Shown here: positions 27,744 to 30,459 of the stretch, in pieces | How positions within the stretch are numbered: position 1 is the stretch's first letter | Layout of the letters: each line of letters begins with the position of its first letter | Assembly: GCA_031431875.1 (NCBI GenBank) | Contig: JANPEF010000041.1 | Location: forward strand, 1 to 30,459 | DNA: 30,459 nt | From: Candidatus Eiseniibacteriota bacterium | GTDB taxonomy: Bacteria > Eisenbacteria > RBG-16-71-46 > DASYSL01 | Reading direction: 5' to 3' | Translations under genes and position numbers: made by a program | Notes under the pieces: generated by a model | What the model was told of the DNA's origin: nothing | The model's database searches: none | The model's input: only the letters and a program-made list of their open reading frames with translations

Positions 27744-28211
27744 ATGAACGGACTCGGCACCCGCTCCGCCGTACTGCTCGCGACACTCGTCTTGAGCCTC
27801 GCCCTCGGCGCCGGCTGCGGCGAGGACCAGATCATCAACCCCACGCCGCAGAACCCGCAGCACATCGCCGTGCGCTACATCCTGATCGGGTTCAACGGAT
27901 CGGTCCCGGGCGTGATCATCGCCCGCTCGAAGGCCGAGGCCGAGGTTCTCGCCAACGACGTCTACGCCCAGGCCGTCGGCGGAGCGAACTTCGGCGACCT
28001 CACCGAGACCTACTCGGACAGTCCCTCGCAGGACACGATCCATGTCGCCAACTACGGGGTGATGCTCAAACTCGGCGAGTACCAGCGGAACACGCTGGTC
28101 AAGGGCTTTGGCGATTGCGCCTTCTCGCTCGTCCCGGACTCGATCGGCCTTGCCCCCCACGATTCGACCGATTGCCCGTTCGGCTGGTTCATCATCGATC
28201 GGATCGAGTGA
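27744..28211 (+). CDS. Parvulin (PpiC-type) peptidyl-prolyl isomerase-like lipoprotein
   Basis: SD GGAGG; lipobox GAG-C; VRYILI…FGDLTETYSD…VKGFGDCAFSL…PFGWFII; upstream TAGAAT at 27675-27680. Confidence 0.8.
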   Translation: MNGLGTRSAVLLATLVLSLALGAGCGEDQIINPTPQNPQHIAVRYILIGFNGSVPGVIIARSKAEAEVLANDVYAQAVGGANFGDLTETYSDSPSQDTIHVANYGVMLKLGEYQRNTLVKGFGDCAFSLVPDSIGLAPHDSTDCPFGWFIIDRIE

Positions 28212-29320
28212 GGATTCTCCCCGGCCTGCTCGTGGCCGTCGCCGTCATGCTCCTCGGGTTCGCCGCGGCGGAAGTGGCGGGCCGCGCCCTCCTTGCCGCG
28301 CGCGGACTCGCCGGCGGCGCGAGCCCCATCTCGGGGGTGCCGGTCGCGATTCTGCTCGGCCTCCTCCTGCGCAACCTGTTCCCGTTGCCTCCGGCGCTGG
28401 CACCGGGCCTCAAGTTCTGCACGACGGCCGTCCTGCGCACGGGGATCGTGCTCGTCGGCATCAAGCTCAGCCTGTTCGAAATGCTGCGCCTTGGGCTCGC
28501 GGGCATTCCCGTCGTCGTCGCCGCCATCGCGGCCGGGCTCGCCTTCGTCCCCTGGCTCAATCGGCGTCTCGGCCTGCCGCCCCGCCTCGGCAGCCTGATC
28601 GCCGCCGGGACAAGCATCTGCGGCGTGACCGCGATCGTCTCCACCGCACCCACGATCGAAGCGGACGAGCGCGAGGTCGCTTACGCCGTGGCCAACGTGG
28701 TGGCGTTCGGCCTGTTCGGCATGCTCGCCTATCCCTGGCTCGCGCACGCACTGCTGCACGACTCCGCGACGATCGGGCTCTTCCTCGGCACCGCGATCCA
28801 TGACACGTCGCAGGTCATCGGCGCGGCGCTCACCTATCAGCAGGCGTTCGCCGACGACACCGTGCTGCGGGTCGCGACCGTGACCAAGCTGACGCGCAAC
28901 CTGTTCCTCGCCGCAGTGATCCCGTACCTCGCCTGGCAGCATGCGCGCAATCGCGGGACCGGCGCAGCGGCCGGGTCGAAGCGGACCTCGTGGCGCTCCT
29001 ACGTGCCCGCGTTCATCCTCGGGTTCGTCGCGCTGGCGATCGTGCGCTCGATCGGCGACGGCATGCTCGACGCCGGCGGATGGGCGTGGGGACTCTGGGA
29101 CCGCGCGGGGTGGAGCAAGCTCGCGTCGTTGCTGGGCGACACCGTCGGGGCGCGCTGGCTGCTGGGAACGGCGATGGCCGCCGTCGGCCTCAACACGAGC
29201 TTCGCGGTGTTCAAGGGGGTGGGGCTCAAGCCGTTTGCCGTCGGCCTGGCCGGAGCGCTGGTCGTCGGCAGCGTGGGGCTGGCGATGGCGCTCCTGTTCG
29301 GGCGCTTCGTCCGCCTCTGA
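28208..29320 (+). CDS. YeiH/PSE (putative sulfate exporter) family membrane protein
   Basis: [57 protein letters not shown] overlap with the parvulin gene. Confidence 0.9.
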   Translation: MRILPGLLVAVAVMLLGFAAAEVAGRALLAARGLAGGASPISGVPVAILLGLLLRNLFPLPPALAPGLKFCTTAVLRTGIVLVGIKLSLFEMLRLGLAGIPVVVAAIAAGLAFVPWLNRRLGLPPRLGSLIAAGTSICGVTAIVSTAPTIEADEREVAYAVANVVAFGLFGMLAYPWLAHALLHDSATIGLFLGTAIHDTSQVIGAALTYQQAFADDTVLRVATVTKLTRNLFLAAVIPYLAWQHARNRGTGAAAGSKRTSWRSYVPAFILGFVALAIVRSIGDGMLDAGGWAWGLWDRAGWSKLASLLGDTVGARWLLGTAMAAVGLNTSFAVFKGVGLKPFAVGLAGALVVGSVGLAMALLFGRFVRL

Positions 29321-29332
29321 GGGGTCTGCGAG

Positions 29333-29415
29333 TGCCGGGAGCAGGACTCGAACCTGCACGGCCTTGCGGCCAGCGGATTTTAAGTCCGCTGCGTCTGCCA
29401 TTTCGCCATCCCGGC
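29333..29415 (-). tRNA. tRNA-Leu(TAA), CCA not encoded
   Basis: Acceptor GCCGGGA/TCCCGGC-A, D arm TGGCGAAATGGCAGACGC, anticodon arm GCGGA-CT-TAA-AA-TCCGC, long variable arm GGCC-GCAA-GGCC, T arm GCAGG-TTCGAGT-CCTGC. Confidence 0.96.
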
Positions 29416-29426
29416 GCGGGAGCGGC

Positions 29427-29454
29427 AGTCTAGCACGCCCGCGCAGGTGGTCGA
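29427..29454 (-). promoter_or_regulatory. tRNA promoter
   Basis: Minus strand TCGACC-N16-TAGACT(29432-29427) with extended TG and a GC-rich discriminator. Confidence 0.55.
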
Positions 29455-29540
29455 TGCATCACCCACTCGCGCCTCGTCGTGAGCGAGTGTTAGACTTCCC
29501 CGAACGGGCTCCCTCCCGACCTGCAACCGAAACGAATCCG

Positions 29541-29993
29541 ATGCCTCTCTCCGATCTCCGCGTCCTGATCGTCCACCTTGCTGCCACCTGGTTCATGACC
29601 GGCGTGATCTGGACGGTGCAGCTCGTGCACTACCCGCTGTTCGCGTTCGCCGATCGCGCACGCTTCGGCGCCATGGCCGCCGCGCACGGCGAGCGCATCA
29701 CGTGGATCGTCGGCCCGGCGATGCTGGTCGAGCTGGCCACTGCGCTGTGGCTCCTGGCACGTCCGCCGGGCGGCGTCTCGCGCCCCCTGCTCGCCGCGGG
29801 CCTGGCGCTCCTGGCCGTGATCTGGGCCTCCACCGCACTCTTGCAGGGTCCCGACAACGGACGCCTCGCAACCGGCTTCGACCCCGCGATCCACGCCCGC
29901 CTGGTCACGACGAACTGGATCCGCACCGTCGCCTGGACCCTCCGGGCCTTGCTGGTGAGCGCCCTGCTCCTGCAAGCCACGCGCCCCCGCTAG
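29541..29993 (+). CDS. Hypothetical 4-TM membrane protein
   Basis: 150 aa; GVIWTVQLVHYPLF…TNWIRT; upstream extended -10 TG-T-TAGACT at 29488-29496. Confidence 0.8.
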   Translation: MPLSDLRVLIVHLAATWFMTGVIWTVQLVHYPLFAFADRARFGAMAAAHGERITWIVGPAMLVELATALWLLARPPGGVSRPLLAAGLALLAVIWASTALLQGPDNGRLATGFDPAIHARLVTTNWIRTVAWTLRALLVSALLLQATRPR

Positions 29994-30159
29994 CCAGCAA
30001 GCGCTCGTCTCCGGAACGGGAGACCAGACGGTCATTCCAGCACGGCCCGTCGACGGCCTCCACACTTCCCGCCACGAAAGCCCCAAACGAAGGGCTCGTT
30101 CTTCAAGCTCGCGGCGATCTCCGGGTCCGCCTGAGGGACTTGAGCGCGCCCCGCAGCGC

Positions 30160-30199
30160 ACAAGCAGAACGCCCCACCCGAGAGTTTCGGGCGGGGCGT
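30160..30199 (-). terminator. Intrinsic terminator downstream of the NrfD/ActF-like gene
   Basis: Minus ACGCCCCGCCCGA-AACTC-TCGGGTGGGGCGT followed by TCTGCTTGT; the single mismatch is a G-U pair only on the minus strand. Confidence 0.65.
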
Positions 30200-30242
30200 G
30201 CGGCAGAAGCGAAGGCGGACCTGGAGACCGCCGAGGGCCTCG

Positions 30243-30459
30243 CTAGTGTGAACTCGACCACTCGGGAGGCGCCCCACTCGGAATCCCGATCGACGACAGC
30301 ATCGGGTAGCGCATCGCAAAGTTGAGGAACGGGATCAGGAACGCGCCGAGAAAGCCGAGCATCACGCCAAGCTGCGGCAGCGTCAGGTCGAACACGGTCG
30401 GATTCACGCTCGGCAGGACGATCAGGTTCCGCTCGAGCCATACGCCGATCAGGGCGATC
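30243..30459 (-). CDS. C-terminal 71 aa of an NrfD/PsrC-family membrane subunit (ActF-like); 5' part outside the window
   Basis: Translated by hand: IALIGVWLERNLIVLPSVNPTVFDLTLPQLGVMLGFLGAFLIPFLNFAMRYPMLSSIGIPSGAPPEWSSSH*; GxWLERxxIVxP is typical of this family. Confidence 0.6.
   Translation of the reverse strand, partial: IALIGVWLERNLIVLPSVNPTVFDLTLPQLGVMLGFLGAFLIPFLNFAMRYPMLSSIGIPSGAPPEWSSSH

Noticed and set aside
28208..29320. YeiH-family protein as the missing purine transporter
   Set aside because: Opposite strand, coupled to the parvulin gene, and I know of no purine substrate for this family.
29320..29415. tRNA-Leu as an integration site for the purine cluster
   Set aside because: No integrase seen, no duplicate of the tRNA 3' end noticed, no evident compositional shift, and sua5 lies in between.
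30032..30319. 95-aa minus-strand ORF in the terminal gap
   Set aside because: Overlaps the NrfD-like gene in another frame, crosses a terminator, and shows no SD or motif.
25358..30459. Electron-transfer link between the PuuD cytochrome c and the NrfD/ActF-like subunit
   Set aside because: Separated by unrelated genes and a terminator, and only 71 aa of the latter are visible.

Overview
A gene-dense, very GC-rich bacterial chromosome segment with no recognisable mobile element or CRISPR array. The gene content (gingipain-like C25 peptidase with FG-GAP repeats, GWxTD/TPR protein, NrfD/ActF-like membrane subunit) suggests a high-GC FCB-related lineage such as Ca. Eisenbacteria; this is inference only. 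Left to right: a truncated >1414-aa C25 peptidase absent from the ORF track; an orphan family-5 solute-binding lipoprotein; a single-chain UvrD helicase fused to an Fe-S PD-(D/E)XK nuclease, coupled to an inositol monophosphatase; a GWxTD protein; an unannotated 35-aa Lys/Arg-rich protein; two hypotheticals; yqeY; a long K+-independent membrane pyrophosphatase; dedA; a CitE/malyl-CoA-lyase-fold orphan enzyme; a 7-gene purine catabolism operon (puuD, three XDH subunits, allB, allantoicase-OHCU decarboxylase fusion, uraH) with 4-nt overlaps at every junction; sua5; a parvulin lipoprotein; a YeiH-family transporter; tRNA-Leu(TAA); a small membrane protein; and the 3' end of an NrfD/ActF-like gene. 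The best candidate for an undescribed system is the purine operon, which stops at ureidoglycolate, together with the adjacent orphan lyase that may supply the missing ureidoglycolate/glyoxylate step. Other leads are repeated leaderless-type promoters and the small basic protein. All family calls come from motif recognition by eye; no searches were run.
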